DNA from: Nageia nagi
Lineage: Eukaryota > Plantae > Pinophyta
Length of the DNA stretch: 64,000 nucleotides
NCBI GenBank assembly: GCA_050084985.1
Contig: JBITNC010000002.1
Coordinates: 40,052,001-40,116,000 of the forward strand
Direction of reading: 5' to 3'
In this document: in pieces, positions 37,296 to 50,657 of the stretch
Layout of the letters: each line of letters opens with the position of its first letter
Position numbering within the stretch: position 1 is the stretch's first letter
Made by a program: the position numbers and the translations under genes
The notes under the pieces: model-generated
What the model saw: only the letters and a program-made list of their open reading frames with translations
Database searches by the model: none
What the model was told of the DNA's origin: nothing

Positions 37296-38880
37296 TGTCA
37301 TGACCTTGATTCTTAAAAATAATTAAACAAATAATAAATAGATGAGTGGAGCATAAGTATAGGAGAATAAGTACATATTTGACTTAGTTCTGGTTGACTA
37401 AGAGAATTTGGAGTGGTGCATGATTAAAAGAGTAATTAAGGGGGGTCTGCCAGTAAATTTATGGCTATCAGTTATTAAAGCAATCAATTGATGTAGTGGA
37501 ATTGCACTTAATTTACACTATATAAAAGTAGTTAGTGGGTTATGAATCCGTTAGTTAGTAGATCCCATAATGCATGTAGTGGCTATTAGTGGGATTCTAT
37601 AAGGTCTTGGGGGAAAAGAAAAAATCATCAAAAAAACGTTTATACTTTCAGCTAAGCAACTGGGTGTAGCAATATGTTGGGCATTGGGAACGAAAACCCT
37701 AAATACTTAGGAAATCTAAGGCCAAAAGTTATGATCAAATGGATTAAGGGCAGCACATGAATGCATCCCTACTGTAGGAGTAGACCCTAACCCTGCAACA
37801 ACAAATCAATTTCTCAGTTTTAGTGTTGAAAGTAGTTGCAGACTGGAGTACGAACGACACTTCAGGTTTTTAGGAAACATTGTAGTTCAAAGTGCTTTGT
37901 ATTTTATTGTCATTGCATTTTTGTTGTGAGAGAAAAAAATATAAAAGACCAAAATAATTTTTTAACTAGACAATATGTGTTGTTTTTGCATTTTAGTTAG
38001 GGATATTATAGTGGTATCAGAGCTTAGATCTTTCTAGCCTATGGGACAAGGACAACTGCCCAAATATTGTGCATACCAATTAGTGTCAGAGAACAACTCC
38101 AAAGACAAAAGAAGGATAAGATGGCATGTGAAAGTAGATAGATGGGGCTCTTTAACATGTTAAAAGCATTGAAAAAGGGACAACTCCTCAAACTTCTTGC
38201 CAAGGGAGAGCTGGTGAAAGAACCCAACCATGTTACACTTTCAAGCAATGGGATATGAGACATTACAGTCTATTGTTAAACTACAGTGGATGATACACGC
38301 CAACTTTGTCTTGCTTGAGGGCAAGCAAGTTGAGAGAGGGAGATTTGTGATGACCCAAATAAAAATAAATAAGTAATGCATGCACGTTAGTGGGAAATAT
38401 CCTGGAATAGTTAGTGGGAAATTAATGGATGCATGTTAGGGGGTATATCTTGAAGCAGTTAGTGGGGAATAATGCATGCATGTGAGTGGGAAATTAATGA
38501 GTGTTAGTGGTTAATCAAGTGTTAATATCTTGGAGCAGTTAGTGGGAAATAATACATGCATGATAGTAGGAAATTAATGAGTGTTAGTGGTTTATCAAAT
38601 GTTTTGTTTCAACCATATATTTGTATGTCATTTCTTCCTATGAGAGGTGTATGTTTTGGAGAATCCTTTCAAGCTTGCTGATCAACAACAATGTTTTGGA
38701 GTGAAGACGTTCCCCCTCAACTTCAAAGATTTCATTGAAAACGTCCACCTTAAATGGTTTTGTCTTTCTAGTGTGTAGAGTCTGTAGATAGTCACAAGTG
38801 AAGATCAAACTTGAGGATGAAACCCGTCAATGTGTAGATTAGAACAATAGACTATCATTATTGTGAGTTTAAATTTCATT

Positions 38881-39137
38881 GCACATATACATCTACCTAC
38901 CTGTTAGATAGAAGCCACATATGTATTTCATGTACATGGCATACATTGCCAATAAAATCTAACCACTTGCATAATACATCATCATGTGTATATCACTATA
39001 CTTACAAATTCCGTGTGTTTGAATTGTGTGGCTGTTTATTCTGTGTTGTGGATTAGATCTCCTAGGTTCTTGATCATTTGCTCTCTCAAGTAGTATTGCA
39101 TTATACAATATATGTATAGCAACTTGGTATCAAAAGC
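38881..39137 (+). mobile_element. Partial LTR end and PBS of an unrelated element
   Basis: tggtatcaaaagc at 39125 follows LTR-like sequence that replaces the truncated end of F. Confidence 0.4.
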
Positions 39138-41143
39138 TTTGGTTTTTGTATCAGCTATGACTATTATATCTTGTTCAAATTATTGTTGCAGCAACAAACT
39201 ATGTTCAGTGCTCCTAGAAGCATGTGTATTGCATATATTAATTGAATCATGCTGCTTTATACAAGACATTATTGTTCAATTAATGATTGGATTTCTATCA
39301 TACAATATGAATTCATATGCCTTAGATGCATGGCCTAAGATGGCATCTAAGCTATATTTTAGTAATGACTCATGTAAATGTTGGTGAGTCACATATATGG
39401 TTTGTGCTTCCTTTCATCTCTATAGATAATAGATTCATCTTTGTGTAAATTTTTTTAAATGGAACATTGTTAACCTTGTTATAATGTGATATGAGGTAGA
39501 AAGATATGCTGAAATTGGCATGCTATAGTTGGGATGTAAGATTGATGTCGATAATAACATAACCTAAAGGTCATCCATCATATGAAAAGAATCCGTTATC
39601 GCGATCAGAGATGTTTGGCCCTCTTTTTGCGTGAGATCATTACCTTTAGGCATGGAGCTCTACAACGACACCCAAAGAACCCCTAGGCTATTTGATGGAA
39701 CAACTCCTTTTTCCTGACCACTTTGGATCCTATGAGCAGGAAATACCCCTCGGATAACACCATTAAGCATACCCACAAACTTAGATGGACAAGATGCCAC
39801 CTGGCTTCATAGATGACCATTGGTCAACCCCATCCCAGGAGACAACCATGTATTACTGATTTCTTTTCCTCTATATGGGATCCCTCGACTTTGGATGGTA
39901 GGATAGACTCTCGAGCCTCACTTGACCCTTCTAGCCTAGGACACTCTTTGCTCAGGGTGAACAACTCCACCATTGCTCCCATCTCAGCGATAGATGATGA
40001 CAATGATGTTCCAGTCGAGTTTGTGTAGTTTATATAGTTTTTTTTTGCTTTTGCTTTTATAAGTCTCTAGGGTTTTAACCCTAGCGTTTTCTACTCTCAT
40101 TGTCTTGTACATTGAGTCCCATTGACCTATTCTTTTGGTCATATGTGGACATTAATATATTTCTATTTCTATTTCTCTAGAGGCAAATAGGATCGAAACA
40201 ATTTTAACCTTAATGCCCATTTCCTTGCCCAATGCAAAATGTGACCGTTAAAGAGAAAGTCTTCCCCAATTTGATGATGAAGGGACAACAAAAAGGTTCA
40301 GTGAATTCGTATTCACTAACTTTAACAGTGGAGGTGGCTGATGTGCTTTGTTCTTCCAAATGGACTCCTAATGATGATTCTTAAGGAGACATACCATACT
40401 TGGAGGATCCAAAACCAAGGAAGTGTGTTTCACCATCAAATTTCTTACATATGGATATAAGTGGTCAATTATGATGACCTCATTCTAGAATTTCATGCCT
40501 TTTGAAGATTGCTTTTTATAGTGTTTAAAGAATAGTTCATGATCATCGGATCTTAAGAATTACGGATATCATTACTGGATTGATATTTAATTTCTTCAAG
40601 AGAATAATGGCCACCTCATGTATGGGAGGAACCTCAATAGCTATACTCTTCTTAAACCACATGAGATGGATATAAGTTGGGGTTTCTTCAAAAATATCCT
40701 CATAAACAACATTAACAATCTTCACAACATAAATGCAAGGAAGAAAAGAATTTGAGGAACAAGAGCTACAACCATCACTGTTAACATTTTTCTCATAACA
40801 CATTGGGGGAACAAAAATTGATTCCTTTGACAGAGAGTCCTCATGGTCCTAATGCCAATCCTAGTAAGAAGAACATGATTCCTCAAATATAGATTTGAGT
40901 TGGGAAACACCAACCTTTCCGTTGTTGTCCTAAAACTTGATTGAACCACATCAAACTTATTCAAATCACAGAGTTGTGTTGGAATTGCCAGCAGCAAGGT
41001 TGGTTTGGAAAGGCTAACCAAGTTATACTGGGTTATTGAGAGTCCCTTATACAATGTTGCCTAAACAATTCTCCATTTTCTCCCATTTTTCCATTGTTGT
41101 TTTCATCTTATCTAATTCAAAGATGAAACTGAGTTATAAGAAT

Positions 41144-42669
41144 CTATGTTACCGAATACGCCTGCTACAGGCATGGATTCTGGTACGGTTCGTTTCCGGT
41201 GCAGATTCTGGTTCGGTTCGCGATCGGATTCGGCCTGGATACGCGAATCTGCAGTTAGATACGTTGCCGCCGTACCCGAGGCGTACCCGAGCGAACCCGA
41301 CCGGATCAAGCAGTACCGACGGCGAGTCCAGGGGTCTGGCGGAATTGTTTATGAGGCTGATCTAAGTAATCAAGCTCGGCGAATAAAATCCTTGAAATTC
41401 GAATTTGCTCGAATTTGATATGGTACGAAGAAATTCGCCGAATATTTGCCTGAACTCGTTCTGGGAAAAAAACCTACATGTCTGACCTATCTGGCGGGAA
41501 ACTTTAGCAGGAAATATTGGCAGGAAGCTAATACCGTACACAGGAAAGGGCAAAATGCGTTTGTTTGCTTCAGTCGGGTGCCTGCGCAGCTTCGGCCGAG
41601 TGCTTATGCCGCCCATTTTCAATCTTTCAATTTCAGTCGAGTGCCTGCTCTGCAACTTACACCATTAGTTTCAGCCAAATGCCCATCTGCACGCATTCTT
41701 CTAGCATAGCCTGTCGATTGTGGCCTGTAGGTTGTCCTTCTGCACACACTTCCTGCTTCCGCACGCATTCCTCCAGCCAGTGTAGCCAGCGTGTATTGTA
41801 AATAGTTTTATGTCTACGTTTTGTTGCATTTGCTATATTTTTAATTTATGCTATGTATTTTTAATTTTGTTTACGTTATGTATTTTTAATTTTGTTTCTC
41901 TCATGTATTTTAAATTTTGTTTTTGATTTGAATAGTTTTTATTTTTTTAATTTATTTGTTTTAATTTTAATATATTTTAATTTTAATATGTTTTAAGGTT
42001 AATCTATTTTAATTTTAATTTATTTTTTTAGTTATGTATTTTTTATTTATTTCATTTATGTTTTGTATTTTTTATTTTAAATTTGTTTTTAATTTGAATA
42101 GTTTTTAATTTACATGTGGTTTAAATTTAATATATTTTAATTTTAATATGTTTTAATTTTAGTTTATTCGAATGTTAGGTATTTTTAATTTATTTTGTTT
42201 ATGTTATGTATTTTTAATTTGAATAGTTTTTAATTTATGTGTTTTAATTATAATATATTTTAATTTTAATAGGTTTAAATTTTAAGTTATTTTAATTTTA
42301 AAATTCTTTTAATATTTTAAAATTATTTTTATATCAAAATAATTTTAACATTTTTACTATTTTAATATTGAACTTGAAGTTTGAACGGTATTTCTCATGT
42401 ACGTTCTAAATGACATTCATGTTTATGGTGGTTCTGTTGTTTATATCATATATGATGCTATGTGATACTCTAATCTAATATTAATAATAATTCCTTTTAG
42501 AATAATAATAAATAACACTCAATAATAAATAATTTCTAATTTTTACATGGTTTTTGTATGAACATACCTAAAAGTACCCAAAACCCAATTTTTTTTTTTT
42601 TTTTTTGCCGAATCCACTAATCGAACCAACAAACCCGAATCTGAACCTGTACCTGAATCGGTAATTTAG
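41144..42669. mobile_element. Non-autonomous hAT DNA transposon
   Basis: TIRs ctatgttaccga and tcggtaatttag; 8-bp TSD ataagaat/ataaggat (7 of 8 match); subterminal CCGAA/TTCGG repeats; AT-rich repetitive interior with no transposase. Confidence 0.85.
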
Positions 42670-43536
42670 ATAAGGATATGGACAAAGCCCAAGTACCCTA
42701 TCACACTCTCACACGTCTTCCTTCAAATTTACCGAGGTTAAATCAAATAGCACTTCTGGAGAACACAATAACAAATGTTATGAATTGTAAATGCCCTCCA
42801 TGCAAGATAGGTCTTGAGACTTGCTATTAACATGATCTTCTTTCCTTTTTAAGTTCACATGAAGAAGATATAGAGAAGAACAAAAAATGGTATAGGATTG
42901 AAAACAAATGCACCTATGTGTGGAGTTTGAAAGGCTCAAAATGTTTCTGCATGCTAAAGTTCTGGCCTTTGAATACTGGGTATATTAATTGTGAATTAGT
43001 AATAAAAAATCTAAAATTCCAACAGTAGAGAAGTCATACTTGCTGATTGGCTTATGCCTAAGTGGCAAATGAGGTGTCTCTTTTATCCTGGTGTGGCACA
43101 ACTTGTTTGGTTGGAGCATTTGAGGTGTTACAATTGCTGATGTGATTCCCTCTGATTCGTGACATGGTGATGATTTGGCTCTTAAAAATGCTCCGTTGAT
43201 GTGGTGTTAACAGGTTCATTACAGTTGATGTGTGCTGATTGTGCAATTTTTTCTCTTTGCTGTTGATAAAAGTGTTCCTCCTTCATATAGGAAATAAATG
43301 TTTGATTTGTTGAAAGGATGCCATGTGTTAGCTTTCTATTTGTTCAGGCTGGCTGACTATATGCAACCTCCATCCCTCACATGGAAGCAATGAATATGCC
43401 ATCGTACACCATCCACCTACTTTGCTTATTGTGGGCATCTTATCTCAGACAGTTGCATCTCTAACCCTTGGAGAAATTTCTAGCCCTAAGTAAGTCATAA
43501 TTATATTGTGGAGTTTGTGGCTTCCTTTGGAGCTTC

Positions 43537-43850
43537 TTTATTGGTTGGTGTATCTATTCATTGGTAATTTTTTATTGAGTTTTAGATTTATTATCCTTTC
43601 ATTAAGGACTCTTTAGGGCATTGTATACTTCTTTTTCGACTTCTTTGAAATATGTATCTTGGGAGGACACTGTAAACGAAGGATGATGATTTATTTGTAC
43701 CATATTTATTGGTTGGTTTGTCTATTCAATGAGATTCTTTTATTTCTGTTTTTCGCTTTACTCTTGTTTCTTGTAGGACTCTTAGGGGATTGCATGCTCC
43801 TTTTCCAACTTCTTTGATAAATACGTATCTTGGCAGGATGCTGGAAACAA
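43537..43850. repeat. Degenerate direct duplication, period ~168 bp
   Basis: tttattggttggt...aggactct..agg...acttctttga...gtatcttgg.agga occurs twice. Confidence 0.7.
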
Positions 43851-45177
43851 GAAATGAAACTCTCTGCAACTCTATTTTGATATGAGAATTTAGCTGTTTA
43901 TAAGTTAATTATTTTTCTTTTTTGAGTTTAACTTAATGTTCCTTTTTTAGTGCTCTTGTGGTGATGGTAATAGAACACTATAAAACATAAGTCAATTCTT
44001 AATTAATTGACTTATCAGTAGATGGGTGGAAAGCAAAAGATTGAGAGCCGATTTCTTAGGGTAATGTTATAACTTATATCGACCTGTGGAATCTACAAAT
44101 TCTGCATAGTATGTGAACTGGCATGCACTGAAACTTTTTGGTAAGGGTAGAAATGTTATTCTGTAGTGGGAATGTTATGCTAATGGACATAACTACAATT
44201 GTAGATAGTAGTGGCTTGAGGTATTGTAATGTCGTCATTGAGTGATTGTCCTTTTAGAATAATAATAAATAACCCACTTATAATATATATATATATATAT
44301 ATAAAGTTTTGTTTTGTTAATATTGGATGGTGGTTTTTAAGGAACCAATAACCGCTTTTACATCGAAAGTAGTTTCAAAATTGTCTCCCAACCTCCCCAG
44401 GGACTAGAGGAAGGCCCGAACACTTTCGAAACCTAGAAGAATTGTTTCTTTTCAAGACCTTGTACATATCTTAAGATAAGCATTAAAACTTGTACACTTC
44501 CAAACAATCATTCCAAATCCACAAAGAATTTGAAATTTAAAACTAAACTTCCCACTCAGTAAGGAATTAGCTATTTTATATGAAATATTATAATATAAAA
44601 AAATATTTGTGTTTGCTATTTCATGTATTAATACTAATTTATAGTTTAATTACAATATCAACTAAAGAAGATAATCCTTCTAATAGTGTTGTTGAGTAGT
44701 AGAGATTTTGTACTTTAATATTTTATGTCTTTATATTACGATGTTTATATTTTGATTGTGGTATTAAATTTTTGAAAAATAAAAAAATGTATTAGTAACA
44801 ATAAATTATTATTTATTCTAGAAATTATGGAAACAAATTGATATGTCATGGTGTTTAATAGACATATATACTTAATATGTCTTTGCTACTTGTTTAAATG
44901 TATTGTGTTGAAATATATAGCATGTGTGCAAGAAAGGCACTTGAAAATTTATAGTCTATGGTCAAATCTGAAATTTCATATATTGCAAATTTGCAAGTTT
45001 AATATGTCTCACTTATTTTATAAAACACATCTGTGATAAGTTTCTATATGATTGTCTTTGTTAGCAGGGCTGTGCATAATTTTTGTCAGAACAATATTTC
45101 TATGTTCTTGATGATCATTTTTGTTCATGAACTTGGTTCTAGTGTTTTTAACCACATGGAATGGTCCTTTAATGCAG

Positions 45178-45550
45178 GCACGGTCTTCGGATACCAATTA
45201 TATTGAACTTAGGTTCCGTCCTGAAGATCCTTATTCTCATCCTGCATTTGGGGAGCTTCGACATAGTAATTGTCTTTTGTTGCGTATATCAAGAAAGGCT
45301 AAAGATGAGTATGCTTCTATTTTACAAGATCGCTTACCTTCTCAGGAAATGAAAGAAACTTCTATGCACCATGTTGAGAGGGAGCTTGATATGCAGACTC
45401 CTGAATCAGAAAATCTTGTAACGGAGAATTTGGACGGACAGTTCATCACAGACAATGAGGAAATGGATATGTCGCAAGAACACGACCCAACAAATGAGGA
45501 GCTCACAGCTGATATAGTTGCAAGAGTAAACGATTCATATAGTTTTGATG
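45178..45550 (+). CDS. GTF3C5: GTF3C5 exon 2
   Basis: tgcag acceptor, ARSSDTNYIELRFRPEDPYSHPAFGE...ADIVARVNDSYSFD(G), gtgag donor. Contains the hallmark LRFRPEDPYxHP of tau95. Confidence 0.95.
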
Positions 45551-45737
45551 GTGAGACGAGAGAGTTGTTGTATTTCACCAATTTGTCCGATTCTTCTAGT
45601 ATATTCAAATGTAATGTAAAAGTATTTATGAATGCTACGAATTTGCATGACTGTGTTATGAAGCAGCCATTTTTAATGTCTTTGAAATGATAATACTGAG
45701 ATCATAATTTATAGAATCATTTCCATTATTTTTGCAG

Positions 45738-45821
45738 GAATGGTCGACTATCAGTATGTACTGGCTGTTCATGCTGATGCTGCCAAAAATAAGAAAAAGA
45801 AACACATTGATCCACGTTTTG
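45738..45821 (+). CDS. GTF3C5: GTF3C5 exon 3
   Basis: tttgcag acceptor, (G)MVDYQYVLAVHADAAKNKKKKHIDPRF, gtaag donor. Completes the conserved FDGMxDYQ motif; phases are consistent. Confidence 0.92.
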
Positions 45822-45978
45822 GTAAGATTTTTAGGTTTAAGTCTGTTAATGCTAAGCTGAATAACTGGTAATACAGTTCAGTTATTTCTATTTTTTATTT
45901 ATTATTAATAAAGTTCCATTTTCAGGAATGAACAGTGAGGTTAATTTGTTGCTTGATTTGTGATTTTTACTGTTTAAG

Positions 45979-46069
45979 ACAATGGCACTCTTATGGACAT
46001 AGAGCAAGATGACCTGATGATGCTTGTACCACCGCTGTTTTGTTTGAAGGACATGCCTGAACAATTAGT
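45979..46069 (+). CDS. GTF3C5: GTF3C5 exon 4
   Basis: ttaag acceptor, (D)NGTLMDIEQDDLMMLVPPLFCLKDMPEQL(V), gtaagt donor. Conserved MMLxPPLFxxKDxP. Confidence 0.88.
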
Positions 46070-46400
46070 GTAAGTTATTTTGCAATGTTGTGGTATGGAT
46101 AAGCATGTCAAGTGTTGTAGATCACTTCCGTCCTTGATTTAGCTTCCTAGTGATTTCGTTTTAGTAAAGATTTCAAACAGTATACCTATACTGGGATTAT
46201 ATCTTAAAGAAAATTATCATTTCAATGTTCTGTTGCACTCATGTGATGTAGGCAATAATCATCTATCATCCATGTCATACTTGTCTGTTCTCATTCATTT
46301 CATTTCCTTTGAATTTCATCAGTATTGGGCATTCAACATCTTTCCTTCTCTACATCTCAAATGGTTCAACTTCATGCCTCGACATGTTTTATTTCTTTAC

Positions 46401-47135
46401 TTATAAAACAGTGCCAACAACAAATAAATGAGCCCCAAGAGGGACCCTGAGAGACAACCAGTCCCCGCTAGCTATAGTCATGCAAAGACCATCATCGATA
46501 GCCTTGCCATCCAAAGGATACTGTACGCTGCTGAACACGGGAGCCAAACAACCATTCAAGCCCTCCCTGGACGGGAGAGCAGTCAAAGAGTGAGAAAACC
46601 CCTTCACACAACATCTTGAAACACCCTTAAGATCAACAACAATGCCCCCTTCACCCGGATCAGGACAAGAAGACAGAGAACTCAATCCTTCGCATACATT
46701 AAGCGAGCTCTCCAAACCCTCAACGCCACTCACGCACGTCAAGGGGAAACGAAGGGACTTCCACCACGAATGGGACTCCATTAGGATTATCCACAGAAAA
46801 ACATTCACCAGTCTCAGTATAAGAGCTCGCCAAGACAGTCTTAGGGCCAAAAGAGTCACACCCCTTACCAAGCAAAGAAGCAAAAGAAACCCCAACCGGA
46901 TTCTTCTTAGGCGCTAACACTTCAAAAGATGCTGGAGAGCTCCCAGAACTCTCCCAAGATGCTGAAGACTCTCGGCCATCCTTCCGATCTGAGACAGAAG
47001 AAAACTTTTCACATTCGAAGCCTGAACTGCCACTGCTACCAGTGCCATCTTTGCCTGCAATCCCAAAGCCTGAATGACTGCTACCTCTATAGATCCTACT
47101 AGAGCAAGCTCTTGCCAACCCTAGCAGATCCATTT
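46401..47135 (-). mobile_element. GC-richer insert, possibly a LINE-derived fragment
   Basis: Sharp compositional boundaries inside intron 4; no diagnostic protein motif recognised. Confidence 0.25.
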
Positions 47136-47299
47136 TTTTCCTAGGTACTTTGTATGTGCACGTTTTTATTTATATTTATTAATCCAGGTAAAGAATTATA
47201 TTTATTTCTTCATAGGTAATTAATTTATTTTTTATTTTTCAGATACACTATGGTAAGACTTAAAATAAACTTTCTATAAATTACCTAACCAGCCCAAAA

Positions 47300-47371
47300 T
47301 GGACCGACTAGGACTTGAACTTGAAACCTCCCGTTCCCAATTGAGTGCTGTACCAATTGAACTTCCAATCC
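47300..47371 (-). pseudogene. Degenerate tRNA-like sequence (tRNA pseudogene or SINE head)
   Basis: 72-nt revcomp GGATTGGAAGTTCAATTGGTACAGCAC...TCAAGTTCAAGTCCTAGTCGGTCCA. Acceptor stem GGATTGG/TCGGTCC with G-U pairs, A-box-like AGTTCAATTGGT and B-box-like GTTCAAGTCC at tRNA spacing. The anticodon arm is broken. Confidence 0.6.
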
Positions 47372-48922
47372 TTTTTGTTGGTTTGAGATTTTAATATTAA
47401 TATCATTTACCTAATCTATACCTCAGTAGTTCTCAAATTCAATGGTCAAAATGATTTAGTCATCAGATTTATTTTGTAATCACTTGGTAAACTAAGGGCC
47501 TTCATCCATTATGTCTTTGTAAGGAAAAAATTAAGGACCTAATGAAGTGAGATGGAACCAACTTGTCGTGATAAAGTATATATTTATGCATATAAGAAGC
47601 ATTATTTGACTCATATTCAACATAATTTAAACATGACAATTTTATCATTTTTGAAAGTCATGAAGTTTTTGAGGTTAAAGAGAAGATATTGTCAATCCCA
47701 TATTATAGGACCTTCTAACATCAGCTTTGCCTTGTTGAATAGTAGTTTACAACACGATTTTAGTATGCAAAAACAAAAGGCATTAGTGTTTTTAAGCTTG
47801 CCTGTGCTTTATACTTTTCTGCTTCATTCAAAAGTGTGGAATTTTTTATTATTGACAAAGATAAATTTTAATTTCTTGGTAAATATTGGTGAAATAGTGA
47901 AGGTATATTTCTGAACGTGAAAAGCTTCTCTTTGTTTCGATTCAGATGATAATATCCCATCTAGCATTTAGAATGCAATTATTAGTCTATTAACCAGCAC
48001 AAACACTCTACCTATAGATGTCTTTAAAAGGTCTTGGGGAACTCTAGCATCATGGAAACATATGAGCCTTTTCTTGAAAGGATTCGAATACCTATTTGGT
48101 CAATGGCTAGAAAAGGTGAATGGGCAGGTTTAGCATTATGGAGTTTCATCATCTTTGGAATGTTTTCTGGATTTGCAAAATTTCACTTATCCAAAAGACA
48201 ATGGAGCCCTTAGGCAGTGAAATATTTCATTTACTATGAAAAACTGCATCACTGTGTAGCAGTAATTCCTGCATAAGATTTGTATAGCCTAGGGAACCAC
48301 AAGGCAGTCAGATAGTGATCCAATCATGAAAGCTTAATTACTGAAGCATGTAAACAAACTATCCATAGGTCAGAAAATGAAAAGTGGCGATAACTAAATA
48401 GAAAAATTAGTGTTTTATCTATGAGTAGCCTGGAAACAGTTAAGCAAACTAAAGTGTATTGGGTCTATATGTATCTGTTTTATATATAGTTTTTGGGTTC
48501 TAGTAAGAGAACAAGGTTCTCAGAATTGCAGCATGCTCAAACCTTCTTAGAATTGTGTAAGATTATTTGCTTAGACCTAAAAGAATGCATGCTTTGCTTC
48601 TAAAACCTAGCTAAATGAACTGAGGTCTAAGAAACAATCTGAATGTAAAAGAGAAACAGTTCTGACGTTTGAGTATTAAAAAAAGTAATTTGTTTCAACT
48701 AGAACATTCTTTGTTTGCAAATCAAGAGCTACAAAATGGTTGAAGCTGATGTGAGTAAACCCATCTTGCATTATAAGCTTTATTGTTTACAGTCCATCTT
48801 GACTCCATCTTAATGGACAAATTGGTTCAGCTGGCACAATTATAGTTATTAAATGCACTTCAGTAGGATAGGAAATGAAAGCCTGTTGATTGATAGGTGG
48901 AGATAGTAAGAGCACAAATTTT

Positions 48923-50657
48923 TGTTGGGAAGGAAATTTTTCCTCGTACAATGTGCATCACCATAAGTGATCGAATGGGAAAGCAACTCATCATTAGGTG
49001 AGATAGCTTAACTTACCTCCTCTTGTTAGGACTGAGACCCCAAAGCTTCTTTAGAAAGTTTGCGTTGCTAGGGCAAACTTGAATTGTGTAAATCTTGTTT
49101 TGGAAATCAACTTAGTGGCGTAATAGAGGAAATGGCTGTTAACTCACGTTTTTATAGGGACTGAGGTGTTTATATGCAAAGTTCAAAAGTTGTTTCGGAT
49201 TTTAAAGAAAGTGAAAAATAAAGAAATGAAAAAGACGAGAATGAGGCAATACTTGGCTAGATTACAAAGAAGATCATCACAATGCAATATTGTCTAAGTT
49301 ATCTTTCTTTTGGATCAATTTAGGGAGTCTCGTTCAATTCATCAAGCTTTGAAATAAATGACTATTGTCCAAATAATTTCAAAGAAAAGCGAAAAGCAAA
49401 GTTGATTGTTGGAATTCCATAAACGGGATTGACCGACAACCAAAAGAACTTAGTGAAGGACACACAAACGGATAGGTTTTGAATGAGAAGTCTAATTAGA
49501 TGTCATAAAAGAGAGGCAATTTAACCTCAAAGGTTCAAAATGTGCACCTACCTAGGGAATGAGCATTTTTCATCATTTTTGAGAAGTTTCAAAGGCAAAC
49601 TTGCTTGATTTTTCACCCTCCACCTCATCATGTGTTCAATTTTTTTTTTTCAAAATTTTGGTCTAAAACACCTGTTCTCATGCTAAGCACTGATTTTTGG
49701 AGTTTGATGATGCCAAAGCTTGGAAATCTGCGCCTAGGTTTGAGAGGAGTGATTTTGGTGCAATTTGAAAACCTCCAAGGTTAAACTTGCTCAATTGGAC
49801 ATCCTTCACAATACCCATATGCCCGAATTTTGATTTGGCAAAGTTAAGATTTCAACAATTTTGATTGCAATTGAGTTGAGGTGCCAATTTTTTCTCTTTG
49901 ATGGTGCCAATCCCTCAAAATATGTGCCTATGTGCCTTGGACATAAAATTTGGCCTTTTTCCAAGTTTTGAAGAGAAAACTTGCTTGATTTTCCCTTCAT
50001 GCCATGTCATCAAAATTGGATTCAAAATTTTGTCGAAAATGAGCACTTTCATGCTAGGCGCTAGTTTTTCCTCTTTGATGTCATCAAACTCCAAAAATAT
50101 GTGCCTAGCTCTCCTTAGAGCAATTTTGATCCAAATGGTATGCTTCCAAGGCCAAACATGCTTAGAATTTGTCCCTTACCCTCTTGGTGCCTTTGAAAAT
50201 TTGACCAAAATTTGATCCATTTCATGCTATTTTCCCTTGGGCATCAATTTTTTGGCTTTGATGCCATCAAACCTTTGAAAGCTGCGCCTAGGTGTGAGAG
50301 GGAGCAAACTTGATCAAATCCTGAAATTTTCAAGCCTAAAGGTGCTTGAAACAGGGTCTTCTACTAGCTCGTGCTTTCTGAATCTCACTCTGGCAAATTT
50401 CAAAAATGACCCCATCTCCATAGGCCTTCTCAAGACACAAATCCTATATTCTAGTGTGTCTCTCAAATCCTTGCTCCAAAACTCGTGACTGGATACCCTA
50501 AATCATTTCAAGGACGTCAACCGATAATCTCCATGCATTGCTCCCTGATATCAGCTTTACACTGCTCAGAATCAAGTATCCTTTCATCCAAGACTTTTCT
50601 CTAGGCAATTTACTTCATTGCCTTTGCAAAAATAGAGTCCCTTGTGTGGGCACAACA
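48923..50657 (-). mobile_element. Probable solo LTR of a large gypsy (Tat/Athila-like) element
   Basis: Termini TGTTG...CAACA, with degenerate internal repeats (caaacttgct, ctgcgcctagg). The flanks (atttt/gcttc) do not form a clean TSD; no PBS or PPT. Confidence 0.6.

Larger units (their letters stand above)
32658..38880 (+). mobile_element. Element F: non-autonomous chromovirus-derived (Ty3/gypsy) LTR element with three LTRs and captured host gene fragments
   Basis: Order: LTR-a 32658-33303; PBS 33305-33316; cargo; chromodomain tail; PPT; LTR-b 37296-38010; PBS tggtatcagagc 38012-38023; ~0.33-kb mini-internal region matching 33317-33570 and 37252-37295; PPT; LTR-a' 38346-~38880 (3'-truncated). 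No RT, RNase H or integrase core. Confidence 0.85.

Noticed and set aside
39540-41110. Moderately GC-rich stretches with short ORFs and a tagggttttaacccta hairpin
   Set aside because: Probably TE or pseudogene debris, but no motif was recognisable.
41036-41801. Cluster of overlapping GC-rich ORFs
   Set aside because: They are the subterminal region of the non-autonomous hAT, open because of GC content, with no domain similarity.
45926-45939. Possible 14-nt micro-exon (ttcag acceptor, gt donor) in GTF3C5 intron 3
   Set aside because: It would shift the frame and leave a 39-nt intron.
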